Shown piece after piece: positions 19,151 to 29,006 of a stretch of 64,000 bases of DNA. The stretch lies in the NCBI GenBank assembly GCA_023247915.1, contig JAHFFN010000001.1, forward strand, positions 9,417 through 73,416, in the 5' to 3' direction. Each line of letters starts with the position of its first letter. Position 1 is the first letter of the stretch. The DNA comes from Candidatus Omnitrophota bacterium (GTDB lineage Bacteria > Omnitrophota > Gorgyraeia > 2-02-FULL-51-18). The notes beneath the pieces were generated by a model. The model had not been told where the DNA came from, did not search any database, and saw only the letters and a list, made by a program, of their open reading frames with translations. The translations under genes were made by a program, and so were the position numbers.

Positions 19151-19860
19151 CGGTTTTTTCCCTTGGCTCTGATTTTAAAAATCATCCCAAAAGCGTCGGC
19201 TAATTTCCCGATAGTCAATTTGGAGTCGCCTCTTTCGCGGTTCAAAAAATCAATCGGGATTTCGACAATATCGAAACCTTTCCGGTGACACACTTCCAAC
19301 ACTTCGAACACAATCGAAGGCCCCGTCGAAACCATCGAGCTCAAATCAATGGATTCCAGAGCCTTTTTTCTAAAACAACGAAAGCCGGAGGTGCAGTCCT
19401 TGTAAGGCATTTTCAAAAATACGCGTATTGCTCCGTTAGCCATGCCGCTCAACGCGTTCCTCAGCATTCCCCTGTTTTTGATAGCGCCTTTCTTTAGATA
19501 TCTGGAACCAATCACGACATCATGCGAGCGCGCGGCTTCTAAGAAATCAGGGATTTTTTCCGGCGCGTGAGAACCGTCGGCATCCATCTCCAAGATAGGG
19601 TCATAGCCTTTTTGGACGGCGTATTCAAATCCTTGCACGCCGGCAAGGCCGCGGCCGCGGGCACCTGTTCGTGAGATAAGCTCCACTTGAGAAAAATCAG
19701 CAGCTATTTTTTTCACGCATTCGCCGGTTCCGTCAGGAGAGGCGTCATCCACGACGATCAGACGGGCTTCGGGAATCAGCCGAAGAATTTGCCTTAAAAG
19801 CGGTTCGATATTTTGCGCTTCATTGTAGGTAGGAATCACAATCGCGGGAAAAGAAGTCAA
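19147..19860 (-). CDS. polyprenol-phosphate sugar synthase (Dpm1/Ppm1-like GT2)
   Basis: IPTYNE, DDASPDGT, MDADGSH, GSRY, DCTSGFR, RERGDSK. Confidence 0.88.
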   Translation of the reverse strand: MTSFPAIVIPTYNEAQNIEPLLRQILRLIPEARLIVVDDASPDGTGECVKKIAADFSQVELISRTGARGRGLAGVQGFEYAVQKGYDPILEMDADGSHAPEKIPDFLEAARSHDVVIGSRYLKKGAIKNRGMLRNALSGMANGAIRVFLKMPYKDCTSGFRCFRKKALESIDLSSMVSTGPSIVFEVLEVCHRKGFDIVEIPIDFLNRERGDSKLTIGKLADAFGMIFKIRAKGKNR

Positions 19861-20303
19861 CGATTCAAAGCCTTATAAATCGGAACGAAGTGTTCTTTTT
19901 TTTGGCTCTCGCCCAACACCACACGACCACCGCTCTCCATCCAAGCATGCGCTTCCAAAGAAGCGCTCGGATTCTTACTGACACCGATATAAAGCTCCGA
20001 GGCATGCCCCGACTCTAGGAAAAGAGCCTGCGCAACCAGGGCTTTGGACAAGCAATTTTCGGCAAAACGGCTGTGAGCACTGACGGATTCAATCGCCCAA
20101 ATTATTTTTTCTTTGGAAATACCGCTAAGAACATTCCTCCGTTTCAACAGAAGAATAGGTTGAAATAAAAACTGCATCTGCTTTAGAGGAATAAAAAAAG
20201 TAAAAAAACGACTCACATTTAAAAGAATAAATACTCTCACGATTAGTTTTTTTTCGACCCAGGGTATTTGAAAAAACCGTTTTTTAATTTTCTTTGGATT
20301 CAT
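19857..20303 (-). CDS. lasso peptide B2 leader peptidase (transglutaminase-like)
   Basis: ENCLSKAL...IGV...EAHAWME (Cys/His/Glu pattern). Confidence 0.88.
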   Translation of the reverse strand: MNPKKIKKRFFQIPWVEKKLIVRVFILLNVSRFFTFFIPLKQMQFLFQPILLLKRRNVLSGISKEKIIWAIESVSAHSRFAENCLSKALVAQALFLESGHASELYIGVSKNPSASLEAHAWMESGGRVVLGESQKKEHFVPIYKALNR

Positions 20304-21553
20304 CGCTTCAGTCTATCAAAAGCCGGCTTGAGAGCAACAGCGGAATAAAAAATAAAGACAAAGTCCATCGGTGCCCGGAGCCGCGTCGCGGGCCAATAAA
20401 ACGCGTAAATCAAAGTCAGGCTCACGACAATCACCCAAAGAAAAATATCTTCTCTAAAAATAGACCGTCTTCTCAAATAAATACCGGCAATCGCTGTGAT
20501 AAAAATAAAAAGATGTGTCACTGAATAGGCCGCCTCCACAAGGAGACTTCGACTAGACGCTCCTGAAATCATAGGGCTTCCGTCGGAGCCGGTCTTCAAC
20601 TGCACCGACTCCTCACACAGATAAAACGGAACCAATCTCGGGTGAAATAAATAAAGAATGTTAAGCGCTTTGAGTCGTATCGTCCTCCAAGGATGCTCCC
20701 GCATAAACCGGAATGCTTTTTGTTGGAAAAGACGGTCGACCTCTGTTTCGGAAGTATCTTTAATTTTAATACCATCCGCTTGAAGCGTCTTGAACGCATA
20801 GTCACCCAGCACATCCACGCTGTATCGCGGGATCACATAATCCGAGTATTCGCAATTGCCTTTAAACAAATTGTAACCACTGCGAGTAGGGACGATGGAG
20901 CCGGTGAGAGTAAAATTTCTGTAAAACATCGGAAATGCCGTCACAAAAACAACTAAAAAAAGAATGGCCGCGTCCCGGAATCTTTTTTTGAATAAAAGAA
21001 TCCCCATTCCTATCAGGACAACCGGGAAAATAACAAATCTCGTTAAAATCGTAAGCCCCAGAGCTAATCCGCAGCCCGCCGCCGCCCTCCATTTTTCAGT
21101 GTTCAAATAATAATACGAGGCTACAATCAAAAGTGTCATAAATAATGGTACCTCGATGATCCCAACAGATTGTCGGATAAGATAAGGATGAAAAGAATAC
21201 AGAAAGACCGCGATCAATCCGACGCGGGATTCTCGCGTAAGCGCCACACAAAGTTTATACAGAAAAATAGTTCCCAAAGCACTGACACCGATTTGAGCCA
21301 TCATCACCCAAAAAAATTGATCCCCAGACAGCCTTCGAAATACCGCCAAAAACAACGGGTAAAACGGTTCATACCAAGAAGTCTCCATTCCTCCGTCAGT
21401 CCACCTCCAACGATGCAACAATTCTTGCATCCAGTATGGGTTCCCGGAGGTTCGAAGTGTTTTAAAATAAAATGAGAGGTAAGAAAACCGGGGAATAAAA
21501 CTCAGAGAGAAAATTAAAAAATATTTTCGCTGATGGGGGAAAAAATCCATCAA
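20300..21553 (-). CDS. GT-C (ArnT/GT39-like) membrane glycosyltransferase
   Basis: EPFYPLFLA, LTR motif, RN...G...TRSGYNLFKGN, multi-TM, terminal R-x-R-x-P. Confidence 0.75.
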   Translation of the reverse strand: MMDFFPHQRKYFLIFSLSFIPRFSYLSFYFKTLRTSGNPYWMQELLHRWRWTDGGMETSWYEPFYPLFLAVFRRLSGDQFFWVMMAQIGVSALGTIFLYKLCVALTRESRVGLIAVFLYSFHPYLIRQSVGIIEVPLFMTLLIVASYYYLNTEKWRAAAGCGLALGLTILTRFVIFPVVLIGMGILLFKKRFRDAAILFLVVFVTAFPMFYRNFTLTGSIVPTRSGYNLFKGNCEYSDYVIPRYSVDVLGDYAFKTLQADGIKIKDTSETEVDRLFQQKAFRFMREHPWRTIRLKALNILYLFHPRLVPFYLCEESVQLKTGSDGSPMISGASSRSLLVEAAYSVTHLFIFITAIAGIYLRRRSIFREDIFLWVIVVSLTLIYAFYWPATRLRAPMDFVFIFYSAVALKPAFDRLKR

Positions 21554-21843
21554 ATTTTTATTTCAATAAGGCGGGCATCCGCCAATTGATTCAAAACCTG
21601 TAAGATATCCTTCTCGCACGATTCTGTATCCACATCGTATTCTTTCAAAACCGCTTTTTGGATATCCCGCACAAAAATAGGCTTGTCTGAAATAAGATTC
21701 CACACAAACGCGCCCACCGTGTTCAAACCGTAATACATGCCCGCTTTGAGATCCAACACCACCGCCTCTCCGGACAAATCACAAGAAACCTGGTCTTTAG
21801 CCAGACAAACCAAAGCATCCAAAGACAGAGCATTGTTTTTCAT
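21550..21843 (-). CDS. PqqD family RiPP recognition element (lasso B1)
   Basis: GEAVVLDLKAGMYYGLNTVGAFVWNLI...EYDVD...D...L..L....LI. Confidence 0.92.
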   Translation of the reverse strand: MKNNALSLDALVCLAKDQVSCDLSGEAVVLDLKAGMYYGLNTVGAFVWNLISDKPIFVRDIQKAVLKEYDVDTESCEKDILQVLNQLADARLIEIKI

Positions 21844-23342
21844 GTTTCGACCCCCCGAGGAGTTCTTCTATAAACTTCTAAGTCATTTTTCGGAGGTTTT
21901 ATTTTCCAACGGCCAAAACCAATCTCCCCTTTATGATTTGGATTGGAATCTAGAGTGTCCTGCAAAAACCATTCACCCCCAATGTCTCCTTTATAATCTG
22001 CAATAGAATCCGGCCGGATAATCACAATCGACACGTCTTTTTTGTCTTTTTCGGTAAATGTGCTGTATGTCCATAAAAATACATGCGGAGTAATCGCCTT
22101 AACCGCGTAATACGGCAAAAAGCCGCAATACACGACGTCCTCTTTTTTGACATGTTTTTTGATAAAAGTCTCGACCATCCGGTAATCCCTAGCCTCGTAT
22201 TGATACAAAATCAGAGCCAGTCTTGCAGGTAGTCCAGCGATCAACACGAAGGAGATGATGGCCGCCAAAAGAATTTTCTTTTGTTTAGCGCCCAGAGAAA
22301 AATCAGCAGAAAACAGTGCCATAATAACGCAAATTCGAAGCGGTAGACTGATTGTCCAGGAATACTGCACGTGAAAATCCCATACCAGCCACATGATCAA
22401 CGGAAAAAGAAGAAATACCGTTCCGGCAAACCGAAGCCGTGTTTTTTGTTGAGACGTTAGGTAGCGTCCCGCCTTCCATAAAAGGAATAACGCAACAATA
22501 AAAAGAAAGATAGCCCCAACCGAAGCATTTTGAATCACCAAAAGTCTTTGTTTTTCCTGCCAAGTTTGGCCAAAAAAAACATACTGTTTGTTATAAGCCA
22601 AAAAAGCGTCCATCGCGTCATGCCAGCCAAAAAATGCCAGCATCCACGGGATCCCTGAGAAAAACCCGAGTCCCATCATAATAAATTCGTCCAAAAATGC
22701 TTTTTTAAAATAAAAAAAGAAAAGCACTGCGATAAAAATACCATAAAGCACTAGTGGTAACTGTACCCAGGGACAAATAAAAGCCAAAACAAAAATTGAA
22801 ATGAACCGTCCGTATTTATTTTTGATTGAAAAAGAACACAAAAGAGCGGCGGCCAACAAAATTGCCAGCGCATCCTGTCTTCCGCTTCTATAAGAGATCG
22901 TCGCCCCATGTCCACAGAGAGCCAGCACTAAAAGCGTCAAGCGGCCGCGGGTATCCTTGAACCAACCGAATCTCAGCGAGGACAACCATAAAAAAAATCC
23001 TGCCAAAGCCGCAAAAAAATAACCCATGGATCGGATTGTCGTAAGGCTAAATCCAAATATTTTAAGCCAAACAGATAAAAGAAGCGGGTAGAGTGGCACG
23101 TAGCAAGACCAAAAATCATGCCCACTTTGAAAAGGCCACGCATTGGAAACAAATCCTTCACCTAAATATAGATTTAGGCCGGGACTTACATAAAAAACTT
23201 CGTCATACCAAGGAACTGGTGATAAATGAGCGGTGAATAAATTAACTAAAAAGAAAACACTTAAAATCAACGCAACCCACCATGATTCATTTTTGCAGGA
23301 CATACGGCACTCCATAATCTCCGCTACTCCCCCCCTGCGCAT
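21840..23342 (-). CDS. GT-C-like multi-TM glycosyltransferase
   Basis: PWYDE first-loop motif, PLYPLLL, SGRQD, many TM helices. Confidence 0.65.
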   Translation of the reverse strand: MRRGGVAEIMECRMSCKNESWWVALILSVFFLVNLFTAHLSPVPWYDEVFYVSPGLNLYLGEGFVSNAWPFQSGHDFWSCYVPLYPLLLSVWLKIFGFSLTTIRSMGYFFAALAGFFLWLSSLRFGWFKDTRGRLTLLVLALCGHGATISYRSGRQDALAILLAAALLCSFSIKNKYGRFISIFVLAFICPWVQLPLVLYGIFIAVLFFFYFKKAFLDEFIMMGLGFFSGIPWMLAFFGWHDAMDAFLAYNKQYVFFGQTWQEKQRLLVIQNASVGAIFLFIVALFLLWKAGRYLTSQQKTRLRFAGTVFLLFPLIMWLVWDFHVQYSWTISLPLRICVIMALFSADFSLGAKQKKILLAAIISFVLIAGLPARLALILYQYEARDYRMVETFIKKHVKKEDVVYCGFLPYYAVKAITPHVFLWTYSTFTEKDKKDVSIVIIRPDSIADYKGDIGGEWFLQDTLDSNPNHKGEIGFGRWKIKPPKNDLEVYRRTPRGVET

Positions 23343-24612
23343 TGATAAAAGTCATCATCAGCGGATAAATCGCCGCCGTCGCTACTAGAGATACGATAAT
23401 CCATGCGCCCACCAAACACCGCGCGGCCTTGTCCCCAAACCATGGAGTGACGCGGCGATAAATCGCAAAAAAACCGAGCGCGATCGCCACAAACACATAA
23501 GGCATCGCCGGAATCATGTGATGCGGATAGACATCAATAGGAGACATCAGCATAAATAGCGGGAAAAAGATCAAAGCAGCAAAAGCGGTCGCGTATTCGG
23601 GTTCCGCGTCTCTGGTGTGCCCTAATTTGATCACTTCCACGAGACCCTCCATGAAAGGCCACGCCAGAATCGCTGTCGCCAAATGAATGAATCCTGTAAG
23701 CCACCCACACGGCCAACGCATAAATTTCATAAATTCATCATCAGCGAGCGCATAGGTCGCTTCCCACCCTGTCGCAAAACTGAAAGGGTGTTTCAGTGGC
23801 ACCATGTGCGCGTTGGAAACAAAAATGGATATAAATTTAAACGGGCTAATGAGCTGCAAGCGCGCTTCGCCGGTAAAATGCGATACCATCGTAAAAACAG
23901 CCCATGGAAAAAATAATGCCACGGACACTCCGATGCCGGCCATCAAACTGGGTTGATGAAATTGAACCTTCCTGCGCCAGGCTGTCCAAGCCAGCGCTAC
24001 TGCCAAAGCAACCGTCGGTAAATACATCTCCGAAGCCAAGGCAATTAAGCATAAAAGAGGAAAAATCGCGCGACTTCTTGATTTTTGAAGCACGCGAACA
24101 AAAAGAGCTAACGCTGGAATCAGAAAAGGCAGGATGAGATCCGGTGACCAAAGTTTGCGTGAAAAAGTGATTGCCCATGGGGAAACCGCAAAAAACGCGA
24201 GCGCAACCAACGCGATCCAACGCCAACGAGAACGAAAAAGACCATACGCCGCCGCCGCAAGACCTATGATGTTGAGCAGGACAACCCACACCACTGTCCC
24301 AAGAGGCGTGCGACCCAGCCATCGAAACAACGTCGTGGTATAAATAAATAAAGGCAATTCATAGATATCGCCCATGCTTGTTTTTAGCCCATAAGGAAGA
24401 AAAGTGGGATGTTTTAAAAAATTTCCCGCCATCACATAAGCATTTTGCTCATCTTCTTTCCATTCCATCGATGAAAAAAAAGATAGGCGGAGCCACGCTC
24501 CGATAATGACCACAAGCACAAACCAAATCCAATGGATAGAGTCTTTATTTTTATCTTCTTTAGGAGATAATCGCGGCATGGATAGCCTCGCAAACGGTTT
24601 CAATATTTTCAC
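23287..24612 (-). CDS. GT-C-like multi-TM glycosyltransferase
   Basis: LRL...EWKEDE motif, SPWAITFSRKLWSP, many TM helices. Confidence 0.65.
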   Translation of the reverse strand: MKILKPFARLSMPRLSPKEDKNKDSIHWIWFVLVVIIGAWLRLSFFSSMEWKEDEQNAYVMAGNFLKHPTFLPYGLKTSMGDIYELPLFIYTTTLFRWLGRTPLGTVVWVVLLNIIGLAAAAYGLFRSRWRWIALVALAFFAVSPWAITFSRKLWSPDLILPFLIPALALFVRVLQKSRSRAIFPLLCLIALASEMYLPTVALAVALAWTAWRRKVQFHQPSLMAGIGVSVALFFPWAVFTMVSHFTGEARLQLISPFKFISIFVSNAHMVPLKHPFSFATGWEATYALADDEFMKFMRWPCGWLTGFIHLATAILAWPFMEGLVEVIKLGHTRDAEPEYATAFAALIFFPLFMLMSPIDVYPHHMIPAMPYVFVAIALGFFAIYRRVTPWFGDKAARCLVGAWIIVSLVATAAIYPLMMTFINAQGGSSGDYGVPYVLQK

Positions 24613-25750
24613 TGGTCAAACCGGCACCGGAAGGCAGATAAAATCCAAACTCTGACAAAAGATTGGAGACGGGATAATCTTTTTCTAGATTCGCATATTC
24701 TTTGGCGACCATTTTTTGGCGATGCATGGGCATAAAAAAGGGACGCGTCTCCACGCCTCGCTCGGCCAGAAATTCACAGAGTCTGTCGCGCGTAGGCTTG
24801 ATTTTTTTGGGATCGATCACAAGACCGTACATCCAAAAAACGCTTTGCGCGTCTTTGGATTCCGGAGGCAGTTGAAGGCCTTCTATTTTTTCGAGTTGTT
24901 GTCTATAAAGAGCGGCATTGTCACGTTTTTTTTGAATCAAAGTGTCGATATTCTCAAGCTGTGCCAATCCCAGCGCCGCTTGAATATTGGTCATGCGATA
25001 ATTGTATCCCACCTCTTCATGCCGGTACTGTCGCGTGGCATCCATTGGAAAACACAAATTGCCATAGTAGCGGCAACGCTCCGCCAACGCCGCGTCGCCG
25101 GTCACCACCATCCCCCCTTCGCCGGTGGTGATAATTTTATTCCCATAAAAACTAAAGCAGGAGATATCTCCCATACCGCCGACGCGTTTTCCTTTGTAAA
25201 GAGCGCCATGCGCTTCTGCCGCATCTTCAATAACTTTGAGTCCATGACGCTTTGCCAGATTTAATAGGGGATCCATGTCACAGGGATGTCCGTAGATATG
25301 CGCGGCGAGAATCGCTTTTGTTTTGGGATTAATTTTGGATGCGATTTTAGAAACGTCCATATTCCATGTGACGGGATCCGCGTCGACAAACACGGGCTTG
25401 GCTCCGCAATAAAGTACGGCAAAAAGCAAGGCTACCATCGTAAAATCGGGAACAATCACTTCATCATCTTTTCCGATTCCCAGCGCCTTGAGCACTAAGT
25501 GAAGTGCTGCTGTTCCACTGGTAGTCGCGATTCCGTAGGGGCGACCGCAGAAAGCACTGAACTGGTCTTCAAATTTTTTAAGATAAGGCCCTTTGGAGGA
25601 AACCCATCCGGAACGAACCGCGTCTAAAACATAGTCGGTTTCGCGACCCAAAAAAAGAGGCTCGCAAACGGGAATCTTATTGAATGTCTGGGTTTTCAAA
25701 TTTATCTTTGTCGAGATCTTGGACAACATAGGGCCCCTGCTTGATTTCAA
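24560..25750 (-). CDS. DegT/DnrJ/EryC1/StrS sugar aminotransferase (perosamine synthase-like); true start probably slightly downstream
   Basis: SGTAALH, EDAAEAHG, FSFYGNKIITTGEGGM (PLP Lys), GYNYRMTN. Confidence 0.9.
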   Translation of the reverse strand: MKSSRGPMLSKISTKINLKTQTFNKIPVCEPLFLGRETDYVLDAVRSGWVSSKGPYLKKFEDQFSAFCGRPYGIATTSGTAALHLVLKALGIGKDDEVIVPDFTMVALLFAVLYCGAKPVFVDADPVTWNMDVSKIASKINPKTKAILAAHIYGHPCDMDPLLNLAKRHGLKVIEDAAEAHGALYKGKRVGGMGDISCFSFYGNKIITTGEGGMVVTGDAALAERCRYYGNLCFPMDATRQYRHEEVGYNYRMTNIQAALGLAQLENIDTLIQKKRDNAALYRQQLEKIEGLQLPPESKDAQSVFWMYGLVIDPKKIKPTRDRLCEFLAERGVETRPFFMPMHRQKMVAKEYANLEKDYPVSNLLSEFGFYLPSGAGLTSENIETVCEAIHAAIIS

Positions 25751-26093
25751 TCAACTCGCCTTCTTCGATGAATTTAAAACCATGCCCACCCGAGACAAAC
25801 AGAATCGTATCATCCTTAATAAGCTTGATCGCTTGAATAAATTTTCTTTCCTCGGTGTACAAGTCCACCAAAATAGACCCGCTTTTGACAAATAGCGCCT
25901 CCAGCGTGTACGTGACTCCGCGCGGCGCAGGTTTGTGTACGTGAGGCAGGATACGATGATTGGCGGGATAACGCATGTAGCCCATTTGAAGCGTCAATTC
26001 ATCCGCGGTAAAAAACTCAAGCCCCGGCTTGGAATGATCATGCGTTAAAACGAGCGCGATGAGTTTATTTTTATCCCGGATTTCTTTTAGCAT
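25677..26093 (-). CDS. cupin-fold protein associated with NDP-sugar genes
   Basis: PHVH...E...G, GGHGF, EIKQGPY. Confidence 0.6.
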   Translation of the reverse strand: MLKEIRDKNKLIALVLTHDHSKPGLEFFTADELTLQMGYMRYPANHRILPHVHKPAPRGVTYTLEALFVKSGSILVDLYTEERKFIQAIKLIKDDTILFVSGGHGFKFIEEGELIEIKQGPYVVQDLDKDKFENPDIQ

Positions 26094-27070
26094 TTTTTAA
26101 TTTTGATTTCGTTCTCGGCGTCTTCTTTGTCTTGCGCGATCATGCACGCGATTAATTCTTTAAAGGTCAGTGTCTGTTTAAAGCCAAAAGTCTTCTTTGC
26201 TTTTGTCGCATCCGCTCGAAGCGACGCGGTTCCGCCGGGTCTAAAGAATTTGGGATCAATTTGAATGTACTTGTTAGCGTCAAGCCCCACTTGTCGAAAA
26301 GCCTCTTCGGCCCATTCCCGCACCGAGTGAATCTCGCCAGTGCCGATAATAAAATCATCCGCTTTCTCAAGTTGCAAAATGCTGTGAGCGGCTTCCATGT
26401 AGTCCTTGGCATACCCAAAATCGATTCGAATATCGATATTCCCTAACAATAATTTATCCTGAAGCCCCATGGAAATACGCACCGCGGCTTTGGTGATTTT
26501 ACGTGTCACGTATTCTTCGACGCGACGCGGGGATTCATGATTAAAAAAGATGCCGGTCGAAGCAAAAAGACCGTGCACTTCCCTGAAATAACGCACAAGC
26601 ATCCACGCATAGGCTTTCGCGCACGCGTAAGGACTCTGCGGTTTAAGAGGGGTGTTTTCATTTTGACTGTCCCCCTCGGCTTGACCAAACATATTGGAAG
26701 TTAGCGGCTGAAAATATTTTATTTTCTTATCCGTCTGGCAAATAATCTCCATAAGGCGCCCCGGCGCGGCACCGGTGATATCGGACGCGTAATCCACCAC
26801 GTGATAACTCCAACCGGCGTGGTCTTGATCCGCTTCATTATAAATTTCGTGGGGTTTGATGGATTGAATGATGCGATAAAGAGAAGGTGCGTCCGCCAAG
26901 TCCCCCGCTTCTAATTTTATTTTATCCAGCAAGTGACGAATATTTTTGGTGTTTCCCGTGGCTGAACGCCGGACAAGTCCAAAAACCTCGTATCCTTTTT
27001 CAAGAAGGATTTCGGCTAGATAACTGCCGTCCTGCCCGGTCACGCCAAGAATCAGCGCTTTCTTTTTCAT
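26087..27070 (-). CDS. GDP-mannose 4,6-dehydratase-like extended SDR with a divergent active site
   Basis: GVTGQDGSYL, SPYACAK, FNHESPRR, VTRKIT; has TSN where Gmd has TSE. Confidence 0.8.
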   Translation of the reverse strand: MKKKALILGVTGQDGSYLAEILLEKGYEVFGLVRRSATGNTKNIRHLLDKIKLEAGDLADAPSLYRIIQSIKPHEIYNEADQDHAGWSYHVVDYASDITGAAPGRLMEIICQTDKKIKYFQPLTSNMFGQAEGDSQNENTPLKPQSPYACAKAYAWMLVRYFREVHGLFASTGIFFNHESPRRVEEYVTRKITKAAVRISMGLQDKLLLGNIDIRIDFGYAKDYMEAAHSILQLEKADDFIIGTGEIHSVREWAEEAFRQVGLDANKYIQIDPKFFRPGGTASLRADATKAKKTFGFKQTLTFKELIACMIAQDKEDAENEIKIKKC

Positions 27071-28302
27071 GGGACTACCCTAAATTCCGGAAGCGGCACG
27101 ATAAATTTTCCCCCTTGGGAACGCCACAGAGACTCTCTTTTGTAAAATTCATCCAAAAACGCGTAGGGCAACACCAAAAAATAGTCCGGATTGAAACGAC
27201 GCGCTTCTTCCTCCGAATAAATAGGAATGCGCGTGCCAACCGTTAATTTTCCCCATTTTTCGGGACTGCGGTCAGAAGCGCCTCCGATCAGTGACGCGTC
27301 CAAACCATAATATTGCAAAAGCGTATTTCCTTTGGTGGAGGCGCCATAAACCCAGACTTTTTTTCCTTTGGCGACTTCCGATTTGATGAAATCCACGCAT
27401 TTTTTCTTGTTGGATTCCATTTTTTCAAAAAATGCCCGGTGAGTTTCTTTCCGGTCTAATCCCTTCTCCTCCTCAAAAAGACGCTTCACCCGCACGTTTT
27501 GAGAGGCTGTCGGCTTCATCTTTCCCTCCTGAAGCGCCGCGTAGATCCGGTAACTGCCGCCATTGACTTCATTGCGTGTCACATCCAAAATCTGAAGTCC
27601 GTTTTTTTTAAACAGATACTGCAAAGCCGAAAGTGAATAAAATTCCAAATGTTCGTGGCAAATATTGCCCACATCTCCGGTGTCAATCATATTTTTAAGA
27701 CACATGAGCTGTGCCACAAAAATACCGTCCTCACTCAAAGCCATCGCGGTGTCCCGGATAAAAAGGTTGGGATCTTCCATGTCATAAAACATGCCGATCG
27801 CCGTGATGACACGCGCCTTTTTTCCGATCCGTCGCTGGTAACTTTCAATATTCCAAAAATCGTCAATAAAATGGCTGAGACCTTGTTTGCCTTCTTCGGC
27901 AAGATTGGAAGCCGGCTCCACTCCCACGGTCACAAGACCGGGCACCGAATAAGTTCTTAAAAGCGTCCCGTCATTGGAGCCGATATCCAACACCACGTCG
28001 CCAGCCTTGAGCGGCAAAAAATTTTCAATTTCTTCTGTGATCTCTCTGAGCGCTTTTTTCATCGTATCAGTCACGCCGGATCGATACCAGTAAAAACGAG
28101 CGTAAAGAAGCTCTTGAGGAGCGGTGTGACGCAGTTGCACCAAGGAGCAATTTTCACACAAAATCATCTCTAGCGGAGCCGCGGGAACCTCCTCGCTGGT
28201 TTCCTTCACAAAATTTGAAATACACAAATTTCCCAGCGAATAAAGTTCCGTCAAACGTGAGGAGTCGCAAACACGGCAAGTCTTGCGTGTTAAAATTTCC
28301 AT
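27067..28302 (-). CDS. NDP-hexose C-methyltransferase (Zn-binding N-terminus)
   Basis: CRVC...CENCSLVQL, DIGSNDG, CHEH, YGASTKGNTLL. Confidence 0.85.
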   Translation of the reverse strand: MEILTRKTCRVCDSSRLTELYSLGNLCISNFVKETSEEVPAAPLEMILCENCSLVQLRHTAPQELLYARFYWYRSGVTDTMKKALREITEEIENFLPLKAGDVVLDIGSNDGTLLRTYSVPGLVTVGVEPASNLAEEGKQGLSHFIDDFWNIESYQRRIGKKARVITAIGMFYDMEDPNLFIRDTAMALSEDGIFVAQLMCLKNMIDTGDVGNICHEHLEFYSLSALQYLFKKNGLQILDVTRNEVNGGSYRIYAALQEGKMKPTASQNVRVKRLFEEEKGLDRKETHRAFFEKMESNKKKCVDFIKSEVAKGKKVWVYGASTKGNTLLQYYGLDASLIGGASDRSPEKWGKLTVGTRIPIYSEEEARRFNPDYFLVLPYAFLDEFYKRESLWRSQGGKFIVPLPEFRVVP

Positions 28303-29006
28303 CGTGTCCACAAAACTCTCCCGGTGTAGTTTAAACTCAACTGAAAAAACCGTAACCAATTGCCGTCCGTTTTCGAAACGCCGCTTTTTCGGTATCCATA
28401 ACTGTACCCCACTTCAATGATTTTTAGATCCCTTTGATGGGCACGGTAAACCCACTCGATAAAATACTCCCCAAATCCCTGATCCGACAAAGGGAGCGCC
28501 ACAAGAGCCTGGCGACGCGCCGCGGCAAAGCCAGAGGTCCAATCCCTAAAATAATTCCCCAAAATAAACCGGGCATAATCATTAAACAATCGGCTTAAAA
28601 AAGCTCTAAATTTTGACCGGCGATCCTCCCCTCCGGGAACATAACGCGAACCAATCGCGATATCGTATTCGTCCAAACGCTCGACGAGTCGCAACATATC
28701 TTCGGGCGAAATCCCCAAATCACAGTCCAACCAAACCACAATTTCGCCTTGAGCCAGTCGTGTACCTTCCGACAAGGCGGACGCGAGACCTCGGCGATTC
28801 AAACGCCGGATCAAACGGCATCGCGACTCCTTCAAACGTTCCACCACTTCCCAAGTGCGATCCGGGCTGTCATCGTCCACCACGATGATTTCTAGAAGCG
28901 ACGATCCTAATGCCGAAATAATTCGCCGGATCGCCTCCGCGATGTTTTCCCTCTCATTATAGGAAGGCATCACCACGGAAACGCTTTCGCGTTTTAATTC
29001 GGTCAC
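28290..29006 (-). CDS. Dpm1-like GT2 glycosyltransferase
   Basis: MPSYNE, DDDSPDRT, DCD, GSRY, DWTSGF. Confidence 0.85.
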   Translation of the reverse strand: MTELKRESVSVVMPSYNERENIAEAIRRIISALGSSLLEIIVVDDDSPDRTWEVVERLKESRCRLIRRLNRRGLASALSEGTRLAQGEIVVWLDCDLGISPEDMLRLVERLDEYDIAIGSRYVPGGEDRRSKFRAFLSRLFNDYARFILGNYFRDWTSGFAAARRQALVALPLSDQGFGEYFIEWVYRAHQRDLKIIEVGYSYGYRKSGVSKTDGNWLRFFQLSLNYTGRVLWTRWKF

